Positions 61,917 to 64,000 of a stretch of 64,000 nucleotides of DNA are shown in pieces. Location: NCBI GenBank assembly GCA_034780895.1, contig JAUZTB010000076.1, positions 42,910,639 to 42,974,638 on the forward strand, read 5' to 3'. The position numbers and the translations under genes are program-made. The notes under the pieces were generated by a model that was not told where the DNA came from, ran no database searches, and was given only the letters and a program-made list of their open reading frames with translations. The DNA comes from Rhynchobatus australiae (Eukaryota). Position 1 is the first letter of the stretch. Every line of letters begins with the position of its first letter.

Positions 61917-62559
61917 TGATTTTTGAGATGTTGCTTATTTCTATTGCTCTAATTCTTTTTCACTGATTGACAAGCTCCTTGCATACAAGTACAGAGTTGA
62001 ATCCTAAGAATTCTGTTTTTTTTTACTCTAAGTCTCAAATCAGGGTGGTTATATCATCATCAAATTATTATTATATCACTGCTTTGGGCACGTTCACCTA
62101 CATCATTGATACTTGTTTTTCTGTAATAATTTTCCAGCATGTAAGGTGAAGAAAGCTGCATTCCAATGCTGATTAGCAGCTACCAACATAATGGATTTTG
62201 ATTATTATAGAATTAGCATATGATTTGCCGATTGGCACATGTTTATGAAGTGGTGTCAGGTGGTAAGACAATATCCTGAACAAATTAGCCTTGATTTGTG
62301 AATTTCTCCTTGTTAGTATATTCTGTTTTTTGTAAAATAAAAGGAGTACATTGTTTCTTGGTGAGAAATTTTTCTGCCCAACTGACCAAATCATCTATAT
62401 CTTCCAATTTGAAGACCACACAGTCACCTTTTGTATCATCTGCAAGCTTCCTCATCTCTCCACATTTAGGTCCAACTCATTAGATTACAAAGAGCAAGGA
62501 ATTGAATACTGTGGAATGACACTGATAACAGCTGTTCAGTCATAAAAACAACCTTCAAT

Positions 62560-63060
62560 CATTTCCATTTTCTTCCTACAACTGAGTCAATTTTGATTCC
62601 AATTCACCAATCTCCCTTGGACCCTACAGGCTTTTGTTTTTGATTAGCCCGTGTGGAACTTTGTCAAGTGTTTCACTGAAACCAATGTAGACTACATCAT
62701 ATACAATACCCTCAGTGACTGCCCCCCCCCCCTTAGCTCCTCAAAGAATTCAATCAAGTTAGTCAGATGCAAAGTGACTGATTAATCTGTGCCTATCTAA
62801 ATGAAGGTTAAGAGTTCCCAAGAACTCTTCTACTAATCTAAGTTTAAAATCTCTGGCCTATAATTACTTGGTTTAACCCTCCCTCTCCTTTTAAACAATG
62901 CTATAATGTTACCAATTTTCTGATACCACTTCTGAATGCAGAGACAACTAACAAAGTGCAGTCACACCCTGCACCATTTCATCCCTTTTTGTTAAAGGCC
63001 TGGTCTTATTTATTTTTCCATTTTCAAAGATGGTAAACACTTAATTCTTCTTCCTCTCTT
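62560..63060 (-). mobile_element. CR1-clade LINE internal fragment, decayed
   Basis: Plus strand gtggaactttgtcaagtgtttc..aaaccaatgtagactacatc = minus strand DVVYIG..FDKVPH. Confidence 0.55.
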
Positions 63061-63119
63061 ATCCTGTCCAAGCCTTCACACTGATTTGCCTTGATTACAA
63101 TATTGGCATCATGCCCCAC

Positions 63120-63285
63120 TTTCCATGTCCATACTGTTACCGCTGTTGTCCTCCAAGGGGCATGTTCTTGGCCCCCTCCTACATATTCCCATCTACATAT
63201 TGCCTCCCAAATATCCTCCAACTAAATAATGGGAAGACTGAAGCCATTGTCTTCAGTCCAGGTCATAAACTCCATTAACCTCACC
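63120..63285 (+). mobile_element. L2-like LINE RT fragment
   Basis: ..ccaaggggcatgttcttggccccctcct (similar to PQGSILGPLL) and atcctccaactaaataatgggaagactgaagccattgtcttc (ILQLNNGKTEAIVF). Confidence 0.55.
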
Positions 63286-64000
63286 NNNNNNNNNNNNNNN
63301 NNNNNNNNNNNNNNNNNNNNNNNNNNNNNNNNNNNNNNNNNNNNNNNNNNNNNNNNNNNNNNNNNNNNNNNNNNNNNNNNNNNNNGAATGTGGGATAGAG
63401 GGATATGCGGGAGGAAAGGGTTAGATGGTGTGAGGTGTGGTTTGATGGGCGGCACAACACGGAGGGCCAAAGGGCCTCTATTGTTATATGGTTCTATGGT
63501 TCTAAATGTGGAAGACCAAGTAGTATTCCCACAGAATGAAGACACGGGCGCTGTTCCCAACTCTGTCACTGCTGAGGAAGACAACTGCAAGAACCATCCT
63601 GGGAGCTGGGCAGTGATTTCCTTGTTTGAAGGAAACAGTAAATTTGACAGTTTCAACAAAAACTTCAGTGGTGGTGACTGGAATGAATCTGGGATCAGAA
63701 AAGCCAGGAGGAGGAGTGATAGGCAGAATATTTTGGGATTATCTACTCCAGCGATTGATATCAATGTTCCAGGTGGAGTATGTGGGTTTATTGACTGCAG
63801 TCCAAGGGTGAGACTGGGGCTTTGGGAAATCCAGTCAAGACACAGGTGTAAATTGATACCTCCAGCTTTAGAGCTGGGAGTAAACTGGGATTATCCTTTC
63901 CAGGTTTGGGAGTAAACCTAAAATGGTGACTCTGGTCTCCGCATTTTAATAATCTGCAGTGAAGAGACTGACCCAGGTCAGTGAACTGTCATTGGCTCTA

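Noticed and set aside
219-62590. Scattered AP-1 sites (TGAGTCA, e.g. near 219, 20981, 47644, 62583), given AP-1 control of mammalian LAMC2
   Set aside because: Not clustered, the count looks compatible with chance in 64 kb, and the promoter is not in the window.
63222-63915. Long ORFs of 180 and 228 aa; hydrophobic stretch IFCLSLLLLAFL as a possible laminin signal-peptide exon 1
   Set aside because: The ORFs run through a 100-N gap and retroelement fragments; I found no ATG plus phase-1 donor arrangement supporting an exon 1.

Overview
Vertebrate genomic DNA: AT-rich, TE-rich, a draft assembly with many N gaps. The repeat content (V-domain tRNA-SINEs, CR1-clade LINEs, Penelope-like elements, Deu-type SINEs) suggests a cartilaginous fish (shark or ray); this is an inference. 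The window holds one clear protein-coding gene on the minus strand, a laminin gamma chain. I traced 22 coding exons from 57864 down to the stop codon at 18840-18842. All have canonical AG/GT ends and consistent phases, and together give 3476 nt (about 1157 aa) once a false gap inside one exon is closed. The architecture is LAMC2-like: 3 LE modules, L4, a short LEb array with a reduced 'CYxxD' module, then the coiled coil. The signal-peptide exon 1 was not found in the window. Several parts look ancestral (gamma1-like): an intact nidogen-binding loop (NVDPNSV plus Tyr), a complete last LE module, no mammalian inter-LE insert, and a C-terminal CFN...ERP. The rest is intron or intergenic DNA with decayed retroelements, including many short Penelope-derived elements carrying CpG-decayed minimal hammerhead ribozyme motifs. 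I found no evidence of a wholly new biological system. Comparisons to human laminin sequences and exon sizes are from memory and should be verified.
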